A DNA stretch of 64,000 bases from a virus. Shown one piece after another: positions 9,869 to 19,272 of this stretch (the stretch's first letter is position 1; each line of letters starts with the position of its first letter). The position numbers and the translations under genes are program-made. The notes beneath the pieces are model-generated. The model ran no database searches and was not told the DNA's origin. It saw only the letters and a program-made list of their open reading frames with translations. The stretch lies in IMG/VR virus record IMGVR_UViG_3300032516_000013, positions 26,333-90,332 of that record; one strand, given 5' to 3'.

Positions 9869-10252
9869 TTAACCCTTTTGAGCAGTCTCTACATTTAATA
9901 ACTTGCTGCCATATTTATTATCCCAAACATTTTGTGATATAACACTAAAATCTTGAAAAATAGGAAGTTCCCAAGTTCCTTGACGATAAGCATAAAAATA
10001 TAAAGAACCTAAAACATTTACATCACTAGGTATCAACTGTAAACTATAACAACCAGCAACATTATTAATATTTGTCCATTCTCTTGGAGATAATGTTACT
10101 GTTACACCATTTGCTTTTATCAAATGTGCATACATGCACTGACTTAACAGTGCCCCGTATATAGGAATAAAAGGGTCTGATAGTCGTGTTATTTTAGTAA
10201 GTACGACACCTAAATTGATAATTTGAGCTGTATTATATCTTAGTTCTATCAT
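9869..10252 (-). CDS. Putative virion protein (Ig-like)
   Basis: AGCYSLQL..SDVN.LG motif; head-module location. Confidence 0.45.
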   Translation of the reverse strand: MIELRYNTAQIINLGVVLTKITRLSDPFIPIYGALLSQCMYAHLIKANGVTVTLSPREWTNINNVAGCYSLQLIPSDVNVLGSLYFYAYRQGTWELPIFQDFSVISQNVWDNKYGSKLLNVETAQKG

Positions 10253-10266
10253 TGTTTAATTAAGGA

Positions 10267-10653
10267 TTAAACTTCGTCTTCCCCAGGTTCACCTATTGGA
10301 AGTTCTTCCTCATCAGCAGCTACTTCTTCTGTTTCCTCTTCAGCAGATTCACCTGAAATAAATATAGTATACATGTCCTCGATTCTATCGTCTTCACAAC
10401 CACGAACAAAATCCAATAATGCTTTCTTCATTTCTTCAATAGATAAAATTCCGCCTTCTTCACCTAGCTCTTCTGCTTTTCTTTCCTCGGCCTCTTCATT
10501 CACATTATCCAACTGAGGATCTTTGCCTTTCATCTCAGGACCTTTATCTGGACCCTTACCAGGCTGTTGGGCTTCTTTAATCTCCTCAGGAAAATCCTTC
10601 TCTGCATTTTGAGTTTCATTCAATAACTGCCGGAAACTTTGATCCATGTTCAT
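10267..10653 (-). CDS. Acidic putative prohead core/internal protein
   Basis: Highly acidic; N-terminal leader ends LLNE. Confidence 0.45.
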   Translation of the reverse strand: MNMDQSFRQLLNETQNAEKDFPEEIKEAQQPGKGPDKGPEMKGKDPQLDNVNEEAEERKAEELGEEGGILSIEEMKKALLDFVRGCEDDRIEDMYTIFISGESAEEETEEVAADEEELPIGEPGEDEV

Positions 10654-10654
10654 T

Positions 10655-11047
10655 TTATTCTCCCTTAAATAGTTCGAAACTTGTTTTGTTTAATCGATTC
10701 AATAACACAGGAATCAATTTTCTATATTCTAAATTACCTTTTTCACATTCAATAATCGTATGTGTGAGAATACTGGAAATACTCTTGATATAAGTAAGAT
10801 TCGATTCCCCTATTTTCTTAATTCTCTCCAATGTCTTATGAACGCTCTTACCTTTTAATTTCTCTACCAATTGACTCAGCAACTGCCCCTCAGAAGGAAG
10901 TTGCTTTAATGTTTTTCGAACAGCTGCAATATTACCTTGATCCCATTGAGCTTGAGCAGAATCCAATATCTTCTGGTACTTAGTTCCAGAGAAATATTTG
11001 CTTGCTTCATTTAAATCAATTAATATTTGTACAGAAAGAGGATTCAT
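10655..11047 (-). CDS. Hypothetical protein (possible head protein)
   Basis: ORF with GGAGA RBS; leader ends DLNE. Confidence 0.55.
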   Translation of the reverse strand: MNPLSVQILIDLNEASKYFSGTKYQKILDSAQAQWDQGNIAAVRKTLKQLPSEGQLLSQLVEKLKGKSVHKTLERIKKIGESNLTYIKSISSILTHTIIECEKGNLEYRKLIPVLLNRLNKTSFELFKGE

Positions 11048-11089
11048 ATTAAATAGAGTCTCCTACTAACAAATAAATAAATGAGAATA

Positions 11090-11986
11090 CTATTGTTTCG
11101 CTGCTAATTGCTCTAATAATTTTGGGATATTTTCCAAAATATCAGAAGATGAGACACAAAAACCTAATGTCCCATTGGGGTAAATAAGTGAAACTAATCC
11201 ATAACATTTTCCATTTAAACCAAAAATAGGACCACCAGAATTTCCCAGATTAACAGAAGTATCAACCTGTATAAAAATCTGACTCCCTCCTAAAAACTTT
11301 CCTATTCTGCTAACTACTCCAGTTGAAATACTATTTGTTAATCCTCCTGGATTCCCAATCATTAATAAACTTCGTCCGATTCTTAAATCTCTTATATCTC
11401 CGAACTGAACAGGAGTTAACTCTAAACAATCAGGAATATCAATCTTTAAAATTCCTAAATCGATTGAAGAAACAAGTGATTCTGGATTAGAAATATCAAA
11501 AGGAATATTAATAAAATTCCGTATTTCAAAAATTTCTCCAGAATATATCTGAACAGTTGCCTTAACATCCCAATATGTGTTAGGGTCAGATAAAAAACCT
11601 TTCAAAGAATCAACAACATGAGAAGCTGTTAAAATATTTCCTTCCTTATCTAAAACCATTCCAGAAGCATTAACATACGTTAGAACTTCTTTTCCTGTCA
11701 TTGGATGACGGGTTTTTGCTATTACATTCACACAAACAACTGTTGGATTAAGTCTTTCTACTAAATTCGGAATTTGTTCTTCACAAATATTATCTTGAAT
11801 ATTTCCCAACAATTTCTTATACAGCATGCAATCTCTCTCAACTAATTGTTCTACTAGCTGAGTAGTTCGACCTTGGGTGTATAAAATATCTAACTTCCTT
11901 GTTCGCATTTGATAGTTCAAAAAGCTTATATTAACAACAGCAACCAACAAAATCGAAACAATTGATATTTGAATCCATCTCTTCAT
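11090..11986 (-). CDS. Trypsin-like (HtrA/DegP-type, no PDZ) serine protease with N-terminal membrane anchor
   Basis: ILTASHV, DLGIL and VNLGNSGGP catalytic triad motifs; hydrophobic N-terminus. Confidence 0.9.
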   Translation of the reverse strand: MKRWIQISIVSILLVAVVNISFLNYQMRTRKLDILYTQGRTTQLVEQLVERDCMLYKKLLGNIQDNICEEQIPNLVERLNPTVVCVNVIAKTRHPMTGKEVLTYVNASGMVLDKEGNILTASHVVDSLKGFLSDPNTYWDVKATVQIYSGEIFEIRNFINIPFDISNPESLVSSIDLGILKIDIPDCLELTPVQFGDIRDLRIGRSLLMIGNPGGLTNSISTGVVSRIGKFLGGSQIFIQVDTSVNLGNSGGPIFGLNGKCYGLVSLIYPNGTLGFCVSSSDILENIPKLLEQLAAKQ

Positions 11987-11996
11987 GATAATCTCC

Positions 11997-12356
11997 TTAT
12001 TCTTTAGGAATATTTACCGGAATACCAGTTTCTTTTCCTTCTAAAATCCTGTCAATTTGTCCAAAAATCATGGAGGAAGCAATAAATTTTCCGACTACTA
12101 CCTTCACCAAAACTATTTCCTCTGTAATTAATTCAACTTCTTGTCCAGCTTCTACACCAAGAAGTCTTATTGCTAATCCATATCTCTTCATCTTTTCTTC
12201 TGCTGTCAGATTTCGCTCATCCGGATATGATGTACCTAAAGCAGATACCAACACAAATCCAAGATTAGCAGGATTTCTACTCGGCACTCCGAAAGATGTC
12301 TGAGGAAGCACATTGCCTTGAAAGTCACAAATAGGTTGCTGTAAATTAATCTTCAT
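11997..12356 (-). CDS. Hypothetical phage protein
   Basis: 119-aa ORF in the operon. Confidence 0.6.
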   Translation of the reverse strand: MKINLQQPICDFQGNVLPQTSFGVPSRNPANLGFVLVSALGTSYPDERNLTAEEKMKRYGLAIRLLGVEAGQEVELITEEIVLVKVVVGKFIASSMIFGQIDRILEGKETGIPVNIPKE

Positions 12357-12377
12357 CTTCTTTCCCTTTCAAAATAG

Positions 12378-12599
12378 TTATGTTTTTAATTGATTTATTT
12401 CCGATTCATACGCATCAATCTTTGCATATATATTTGATTTAGATTGTCCTTTAGGCATTGTTTTTGCCAAGTTTTCCAAATCCTTTATTCTCTTCTGCAA
12501 ATCTTCTATTTTGTCCATAGTGAACATTTTCTTAAGTTTGGGATCCGATATGGTTGAGACATCTTCTTTAATTATGTGCTCAAATAGTTCTTCAAACAT
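12378..12599 (-). CDS. Small putative internal head protein
   Basis: Leader MFEELFEHIIKE also occurs inside the upstream 789-aa protein. Confidence 0.5.
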   Translation of the reverse strand: MFEELFEHIIKEDVSTISDPKLKKMFTMDKIEDLQKRIKDLENLAKTMPKGQSKSNIYAKIDAYESEINQLKT

Positions 12600-12600
12600 A

Positions 12601-14970
12601 TCATCTCCCTAAAGACTTCTCCCAGTAAGCACCATCTTTAGTTTCTTCTGCTCTTTTGAAACCCATTTTCTCTAACATAGATTGGGATGCTATATTAAAA
12701 GATTCTACATATCCTCTTGCCTTAGTGACCCCATATTTTTCAATAGCATATTTTATTCCAAACTCCAATAATTCTGGACCATACCCGCTACCTTTTATCC
12801 GAGCATCTAATCTAGTCAAATATACTAATTTATCTTTACTATTTATGTCGAGGGTGGCTTCTACTACTAAATCATCACTTATATCAAGCCAAGTTTTGGT
12901 TTCTTTATTTAGCCGTCCATCAAAAAAAATTCTGACCTTCTTATCCGTAATTGTGATATCTAATCGTCTGGTTTTATATTCTCTCTTGTCTTCCTGAGTC
13001 TCTTCTCCAATTATATATTCAAATAGTTCTTCTTTAACTTTCTTGGTCTCTTTTGATTCTCTGATTTCTAATTTGGAACCACACTTTGGACAAGTCATAG
13101 TTTTAAGAACTTCTGGCTTTGTTTCCTTTACAGTTTTTCTATAACTACGCCAAGGACATTCCTTGCTCGTACAAACTAACTCAGTCCAATCTCTCCAATA
13201 TCCTCTAGCTTCTACAGCTTTTGTAATTTTGGATTTATGCATTACTCTTTTATCAAAACCAGCATTACCAAGTTCATCCAAATCATAATATGTCTTACCT
13301 TCATCAGTTGAGAAGCAAGTAGGACATCTCTTAGATTGCCAATCAGGTTTATGATCCGGAGATCTCGCATCATTAACATCCATCCACTCTTCTGGATTAT
13401 CTGTAAGTTCTGTTAAAGGTTTATACTCTGCCAATTTGTTAAATATGGAAGTTGTTAATCCCGCGGAGAATCCGGAATGTCCTTGATCAGCAAACTTCTG
13501 GATAAGATCCATTACTGCTTCACCAATCATTCCATCGTAGTCAGAATCTTTATCAAATAGTCCTGCTAATTGAAGTTCCTTCTTTGCAAAGTCAGTTAGA
13601 GATTCATTTATTGATTCCCAAGCTTCTGCTTCTTTTTTACCATAACCATAAGTAAGAATATATTCTAATTGATCTATATTTTTTATACTTATTGGAGAAC
13701 TACTATCAAAGTCTTCTCTATCTAGATCTAGAAACATCTTTTCAATTCCTGAACCATATTCTTTATACAGACGAAGAAAAGATTCTATTTGTTTCTGTGT
13801 AGGTTTGTTATTTCCTCCAGTTATCCCTATTTCTTTTGCATGCGGGGAAAAGTAACCAGCTATTGCTCCAGCAAAGTACATATCACTTGGAGCAATATCA
13901 ATTTTGTTAATAGTAACCAAATAAGCATAGAAAACTGGAATAACTGTTCCATCAGTAAGTAACCAAAACTTTAGTTCTCCTCTTTCTTTACCTGAGTAAG
14001 TACATGGAACTAACTTTTGACTTTTTCCTTTATAATAGTTCTTTAGCTTTGTTTGAACTTTACCAAGTGGTAAGAATGCTTCTTGAATGGATTCCCCCAT
14101 CTTCTTATATTTAGCAATATAGCTCTTTGTCTCTTCAGGAAGTTTAGATCCACCAACACCATTATTCCCCTTTAGATTACCAACACCCCAATTATAGGCA
14201 GCTAATCGATTCTCAAGATTATCCTCAAGATTATAATGCTTTAATAATCGAGGGATTTCTATGTTTAAATAATAAGAACCAACCTTCCTATTCTTGTTGG
14301 AATCGAATGCTTCTTCCCAAGACCATTGGACATTCATCTTGCGAGTCATCTCTTCCCAAGTAGGTTTTGTTATCTGAAGAAGACCTCTTGCTCCAGATCT
14401 TTTGTTCTCGGCCTTTGGATTATTTGAAGATTCGATTGATGCTATTTTAGATATGTTGATTTGAGGAGAAGCTTTTGGAGATACAATAGTAAACTTAGGA
14501 GTTACTTCTTGTCGAGAAGGGGCAGAGATAGTAGGTGGTTCGCTTTTGTCTTTAGGAACGCTTGTCTGCATACCTCCTAGGCCTATCAAACTGGCTGCTG
14601 CAGTTGTAACTAATGTTTTGCCTAGACCTTCCTCTAATTTGTTTACTCTATCTCTAAATTCTTCCCAATGACCAGTAGAACTATAAGATTCAAAATATTC
14701 TATATCCCCATCAGGATGAATCCAACCACCTTTATAAGATAATTGTTCATTCAATAATTCATTCTTCTTCGCCTGGATCTTCATTACAACATTACGAAAT
14801 GCTTCTGAACTTTCCTTGCACATATCATCAGAAGTGTCAATATTATCTAAGATTTGATAGAGAGCCTTAGCAACTTGCTCCCAGGTCATATCCTTGCTCT
14901 CTTTAAGAGAAATGAGTTTACCTAGAATCATTTGATCTGTGAAAAAAGAATTGGCTTCGATAAAATCCAT
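12601..14970 (-). CDS. Multidomain protein with an SLT lytic transglycosylase, a Zn ribbon and a C-terminal GNAT (putative internal virion polyprotein)
   Basis: IASIESS...SGARGLLQI...AAYNWG (SLT); IKGSGYG...N.AS..MLEKMGF (GNAT); ES-x-x-E linkers between modules. Confidence 0.8.
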   Translation of the reverse strand: MDFIEANSFFTDQMILGKLISLKESKDMTWEQVAKALYQILDNIDTSDDMCKESSEAFRNVVMKIQAKKNELLNEQLSYKGGWIHPDGDIEYFESYSSTGHWEEFRDRVNKLEEGLGKTLVTTAAASLIGLGGMQTSVPKDKSEPPTISAPSRQEVTPKFTIVSPKASPQINISKIASIESSNNPKAENKRSGARGLLQITKPTWEEMTRKMNVQWSWEEAFDSNKNRKVGSYYLNIEIPRLLKHYNLEDNLENRLAAYNWGVGNLKGNNGVGGSKLPEETKSYIAKYKKMGESIQEAFLPLGKVQTKLKNYYKGKSQKLVPCTYSGKERGELKFWLLTDGTVIPVFYAYLVTINKIDIAPSDMYFAGAIAGYFSPHAKEIGITGGNNKPTQKQIESFLRLYKEYGSGIEKMFLDLDREDFDSSSPISIKNIDQLEYILTYGYGKKEAEAWESINESLTDFAKKELQLAGLFDKDSDYDGMIGEAVMDLIQKFADQGHSGFSAGLTTSIFNKLAEYKPLTELTDNPEEWMDVNDARSPDHKPDWQSKRCPTCFSTDEGKTYYDLDELGNAGFDKRVMHKSKITKAVEARGYWRDWTELVCTSKECPWRSYRKTVKETKPEVLKTMTCPKCGSKLEIRESKETKKVKEELFEYIIGEETQEDKREYKTRRLDITITDKKVRIFFDGRLNKETKTWLDISDDLVVEATLDINSKDKLVYLTRLDARIKGSGYGPELLEFGIKYAIEKYGVTKARGYVESFNIASQSMLEKMGFKRAEETKDGAYWEKSLGR

Positions 14971-14982
14971 TTATTTATTTCC

Positions 14983-15249
14983 TTAAACTATTTCCTCTGC
15001 TCTTACAGGGGTCAGATACACTTCCATATTATTAGGAAACACTTCTACTATTCCAGTAACAATATCTACTACATAAACAACATCATCTCTTAATATAGGA
15101 GGCTGTTCTGGAGTAGCATTTTTAAACATATCCGTCTTTGTTAAATCAATAACTAGGAAGCATTGCATTTTCTCTATAAGTCGAAAGGTTTCTCCAACTT
15201 TAACTTCTCCAACCTTTAGCTTTTTTCTTAATTTCAAAACTGTTTCCAT
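14983..15249 (-). CDS. Hypothetical protein
   Basis: 88-aa ORF in the operon. Confidence 0.55.
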   Translation of the reverse strand: METVLKLRKKLKVGEVKVGETFRLIEKMQCFLVIDLTKTDMFKNATPEQPPILRDDVVYVVDIVTGIVEVFPNNMEVYLTPVRAEEIV

Positions 15250-15250
15250 A

Positions 15251-15409
15251 TTATTCCTTTAAATAGGATTTGGCTAAAATAAAACTCATAGTTGCTAGAA
15301 GACCAAAGAAAATAGCTCCTATAACATCTTGTTTGATTTCTAATCCATACAATGCAAAAATCAAAAGTTCTATTCCTAAAACAGAATATGCAACAGAATA
15401 GGAATTCAT
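15251..15409 (-). CDS. Small two-TM membrane protein (52 aa)
   Basis: My translation MNSYSVAYSVLGIELLIFALYGLEIKQDVIGAIFFGLLATMSFILAKSYLKE abuts the next gene. Confidence 0.5.
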   Translation of the reverse strand: MNSYSVAYSVLGIELLIFALYGLEIKQDVIGAIFFGLLATMSFILAKSYLKE

Positions 15410-15509
15410 ATATTTCTCTAAAATATATTAAGAAAGAGTGCTTATTACTAAATAAATGGGTAGAAGAAGAATATTTTGTAAATTAAAAAGCCTCTCCAAG
15501 ATATCATCC

Positions 15510-15881
15510 TTAGTGTTGGAGAGGCGGTAAAACATCCTTCTTCATCGAGAGTTTCTTTTCTATCTGCCCAAGCATATACAAAATCCTATATGCAAAACTC
15601 TTAGCAATATCTGGCTTCAACATTACCATATCCAACCAAGGATGTCCGGTCTTTAAGACACTCCAAGCACATCTAATTCTCCTAGGCCAAGATAGTTTTC
15701 CATTACCATAAGGACCAAATCCCCAGAAGCTAATGCTAATTCCATAATAGTTAAATTCATCTTCCATCTTTCCATCTCTGGAGACAACTACTTCAGAATC
15801 ATCATTTGCTAGGAATTCAGAATAGACAACGAGTCCCTCAGACAGGCAATCACATTCAAACAATGGCTTGGAATTTTTCAT
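15510..15881 (-). CDS. Hypothetical phage protein
   Basis: 123-aa ORF overlapping the end of the HNH gene. Confidence 0.55.
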   Translation of the reverse strand: MKNSKPLFECDCLSEGLVVYSEFLANDDSEVVVSRDGKMEDEFNYYGISISFWGFGPYGNGKLSWPRRIRCAWSVLKTGHPWLDMVMLKPDIAKSFAYRILYMLGQIEKKLSMKKDVLPPLQH

Positions 15882-16569
15882 TCATTAATTCCTTAAACAT
15901 TTCTTCCCAATATTCTCTACTATAGTTAGTTTTTATGTGGCAAGACAAACATAAAGTAATTAAATTATTTTCATCAAGATTCTCTTTATCATAATCAATG
16001 TGATGGACACAAAGATTTCTTTCTTCTTGTTCTTTTGTTTTTCCACAATTTTGACAAGTTTGATAATCTCTATTTCTTATATACTCTCTTAATTGTTCAG
16101 TCCAATTTTCAGGATAGGGATTAAAAGAGATTCCTCCCTGCCAATTATAGCTATTTTCTCCTCTCAATTCTCCTCTCAAAGCTCTACAGGCAACACACAA
16201 ACAATCTTCACGATGAAATTCTAGAGGAGTACAAAAAGTACAACCACAATCTGGTTTATGTAAATTTCCTTCTCTATCTTGATTAGAACATTTTCGAGAG
16301 CAATATTCATTATCCCAAGATCTTAGGACTTCAAATTCTTTATTACAATCATTATTTTTACAAATTCTAATTTCTCTTCTTTTATTGGCTTCGGCCCATC
16401 TTTGAACGTTTTCTGGAACATGCATAGGATGATTTACATGGACATTATGTCCATTTACAAACCGTTTGTTTCTTTTACCTTTAATTATTTCAGTTTTAAA
16501 TTGTTCTCCACAACCGCATTCACAATAAGCTGTTATATAAGAATGAATTGGAGGATAATCCCATCTCAT
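15856..16569 (-). CDS. HNH homing endonuclease
   Basis: CxCGCG, YCS..C, NWQGG, RD...CQNCG, VHHIDYDK.N...NLITLC.SCH. Confidence 0.9.
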   Translation of the reverse strand: MRWDYPPIHSYITAYCECGCGEQFKTEIIKGKRNKRFVNGHNVHVNHPMHVPENVQRWAEANKRREIRICKNNDCNKEFEVLRSWDNEYCSRKCSNQDREGNLHKPDCGCTFCTPLEFHREDCLCVACRALRGELRGENSYNWQGGISFNPYPENWTEQLREYIRNRDYQTCQNCGKTKEQEERNLCVHHIDYDKENLDENNLITLCLSCHIKTNYSREYWEEMFKELMNEKFQAIV

Positions 16570-16693
16570 TTAATTATCCCATTTAATTAATGCTGCAAAA
16601 ATAATACATTGATCAACGACTTCCTGAAGTCTTTCTACCTTTTTCTTAATACCTGGATCAAAAGATTCAATTGGATCAATTAAATCTAACTCT

Positions 16694-16867
16694 TTATCTG
16701 GTTTGTCTCTCATTTTGTTTCCCAGTTGCTCTCTTTATATCTTCGCTAATGCCTGGAAACAAATCCTCAAAAATTGATATTAGACTAAAATTATGCCCAC
16801 AAACACAAAACTCCTGTTTAAAAGAACAAGGGCATCTACATTTAGGACATATTTTAAATTCAGACAT
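16694..16867 (-). CDS. Small Cys-rich Zn-ribbon protein (57 aa)
   Basis: My translation MSEFKICPKCRCPCSFKQEFCVCGHNF...; AGGAG RBS. Confidence 0.5.
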   Translation of the reverse strand: MSEFKICPKCRCPCSFKQEFCVCGHNFSLISIFEDLFPGISEDIKRATGKQNERQTR

Positions 16868-16882
16868 TATTTATTCTCCTAA

Positions 16883-16956
16883 TCTGGGCAGCAGGATTCG
16901 AACCTGCGACTACCTGGTCCCAGGCCAGGTGGCATACCAGACTTGCCCATACCCAG
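16883..16956 (-). tRNA. tRNA-Pro(UGG), no encoded CCA
   Basis: Acceptor stem CTGGGTA/TGCCCAG plus A73, D-loop GG, anticodon arm CCTGG-CCTGGGA-CCAGG, T arm GCAGG-TTCGAAT-CCTGC. Confidence 0.88.
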
Positions 16957-17304
16957 AACTACTTACCATTCCCCAATCTCCAAATTAAATAAACCACACC
17001 TACTGTATCTACAACTAACTTTAAAATCAACCAAATCAATAAATAGAAATCACATCCTCTTAACATCCCTGCATCTCCCCCCCTTAATTCTCCGAAGACT
17101 TCGTAAGACGAGCAATCAAATTCTTAATTGCAGGCCCAAACAAAACACCAAGGGCAAACACCAATGCATGAGTTACTAGTACCATAATGATTCTCCTAAA
17201 AAATGTTAATACTGTTGTTTAGAACTCAAAACCTAGATTTTTTGCTGCCACAATTTCTATCTCTGTAAGATATCTTTGTATTTATTTTCCAAACTTCTTC
17301 ATAA

Positions 17305-18102
17305 TTAAATTATACTCACTTCATTTATGACTTTATAATCTAATCCGTTTCTCAACTGCACAACATCCTTTGTAACTGCAATAAATGTAGGATCAGTATC
17401 ACCAACCCAAGTTCCACAGTTAGCATAGATTCTTCGAGTAGTGGGTTTATAATCATAATTTTCATTTACATCAATAATCTCACAAACTTCAGCTTGATGA
17501 TTATGCCCAAATATAGAAATCTGATTCAAGTTATTTAGTTTAAGATTCTCCATATCCTTTATATTTCGAACCTTATTCTGCAGCAGAGCAGCATCAACTT
17601 TAAAATTACCAAATTTAGGCCGCATCTTCTTCAGCCAAACATCTACATCTGGATGAATCCATCTCCCCATTTCTGCTACAGACAATGTAACCCAATAACC
17701 AACAGGCCATTTGATGCTTCTAAGAGGGTTCTTAAACTTATTCCATTTATCGAACTGATGCCCATGCATAGCTGTAATATTTCCACTTTGATATTTCTCA
17801 GGAGTCAATTTAGCAAATGGAAGATAATCATGATTGCCAAATAGATATGTAATCTTCCTACTTCTCTTAGACAACTCATTCACAACATCATCATGAGCCC
17901 AAAATATCTTATCTAAATGAGCCTGCCAAAGTTCATAGAGATCGCCTACAATGATTATCTCACTTGCTCTGTTATCTGTCCACTCGAGGAAAGATATAAG
18001 TTCTTTGTCTCTATGGAAATCATCAGACTTAGAACCGTCTCCAAGATGGATATCACTTATGAATATCTTCATTCCTATCCTTTCTTCTGGCTCTTCAGCC
18101 AT
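17305..18102 (-). CDS. Calcineurin-like metallophosphoesterase (LpxH-like)
   Basis: SDIHLG, GDLYE, GNHD, HGH and GHNH motifs. Confidence 0.85.
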   Translation of the reverse strand: MAEEPEERIGMKIFISDIHLGDGSKSDDFHRDKELISFLEWTDNRASEIIIVGDLYELWQAHLDKIFWAHDDVVNELSKRSRKITYLFGNHDYLPFAKLTPEKYQSGNITAMHGHQFDKWNKFKNPLRSIKWPVGYWVTLSVAEMGRWIHPDVDVWLKKMRPKFGNFKVDAALLQNKVRNIKDMENLKLNNLNQISIFGHNHQAEVCEIIDVNENYDYKPTTRRIYANCGTWVGDTDPTFIAVTKDVVQLRNGLDYKVINEVSII

Positions 18103-18197
18103 GTTTGAAACACATGATTTCTAATCCTTAGTTAAGAAATACAATCCCACAACAAGAAGAAACAATCCTTCCACCATACATTGTAAAGTTATCATAA

Positions 18198-18422
18198 TTA
18201 AACCTCCCTAACATTATTATAAAATTCATCATCTGACCAAAAACCAAGAATCTTAGGAGACATCCTTCTTAATTTGCCTGTATTTACTTCTTCCATAAAC
18301 TCTCGAGCTTTTACTTCATCCTTAAACACATACAAGATTCTCCAAGGCATGGTATTTGAACATGACTGACCACAAGCCCCAGATGGACCTTTATCCTCAT
18401 AAGCTACATAATAAGTTGACAT
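18198..18422 (-). CDS. Hypothetical protein
   Basis: 74-aa ORF on the coding strand. Confidence 0.5.
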   Translation of the reverse strand: MSTYYVAYEDKGPSGACGQSCSNTMPWRILYVFKDEVKAREFMEEVNTGKLRRMSPKILGFWSDDEFYNNVREV

Positions 18423-18444
18423 TAATCACTTCCCCAAATTGATC

Positions 18445-19026
18445 CTAGTACACACAACCACAATCAGCACATGTATTAGAACTACCCATTACTAGTCTAC
18501 TACTTGGATTACCACAAACACAAATATATTGTTTCTTATCTCGAATATTTTTATCAATATATCCGGCTGTTTCTCTCTGAATATCGCTCTCTTCTATTTC
18601 AACAAAAGAAACTTCTATTACCACTGTATCTTCAAGAGCTTGGAACTGATGCTTCACACCAGCCCAAACAGTATAATTCTTTCCTGGAGACAAAAGATCA
18701 CTACAATCTTCTGCTTCAATATTCAACAATCCAGAAATAACATGGAAAGTATTGTGCTTCATTCTATGAGTATGCAAAGAGCTTGTTCCACCCTTCTTTA
18801 TACGAAGAACATTTACACTACAGAGATCATTGGAATGGATTACTCGATTTGTTCCCCAAACCTTAGGAGTGTCTGTTGCTTTCTTACATCCTTCCGAGCA
18901 ACTTCTGGAATCCAAATCAAAATCACATTTAGTTGCATCACATTTATCCTCCTCCCCTTCAAAATACATCGTAAGAGGACAAATAGGTTGAGGAATGTTT
19001 TGCATTGATTCTTCTTTATTTGTCAT
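18445..19026 (-). CDS. Cupin-domain protein (mannose-6-phosphate isomerase type II-like) with Cys-rich ends
   Basis: K.WG, SLHTH..KH.TF.V.SG, HQF, EVS, DI.R. Confidence 0.7.
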   Translation of the reverse strand: MTNKEESMQNIPQPICPLTMYFEGEEDKCDATKCDFDLDSRSCSEGCKKATDTPKVWGTNRVIHSNDLCSVNVLRIKKGGTSSLHTHRMKHNTFHVISGLLNIEAEDCSDLLSPGKNYTVWAGVKHQFQALEDTVVIEVSFVEIEESDIQRETAGYIDKNIRDKKQYICVCGNPSSRLVMGSSNTCADCGCVY

Positions 19027-19029
19027 TTT

Positions 19030-19212
19030 TCACCTCAGTTTCTCCTCAAGATATAAATTTACTAATTTGCTTGTTAATCTAATACACCAACCTTCAGGAA
19101 ATTTCATATCTTTCGGGATAAAATCTTTAGGCCAAAAACCTTCCTGAAACATTTCCTGAAATGCTTTCAAATGCTCAATATTTGTTGGATCAAACCATTC
19201 AATAATTGTCAT
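19030..19212 (-). CDS. Hypothetical protein
   Basis: 60-aa ORF. Confidence 0.5.
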   Translation of the reverse strand: MTIIEWFDPTNIEHLKAFQEMFQEGFWPKDFIPKDMKFPEGWCIRLTSKLVNLYLEEKLR

Positions 19213-19235
19213 AATTTCACCATTTCTATTATACT

Positions 19236-19272
19236 AAAAAATAAGGGAAGCTGAAAGATAATTCAACTTCCC
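19236..19272 (-). terminator. Rho-independent terminator after the portal gene
   Basis: Minus strand GGGAAGTTGAA-TTATCT-TTCAGCTTCCC followed by TTATTTTTT. Confidence 0.7.
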
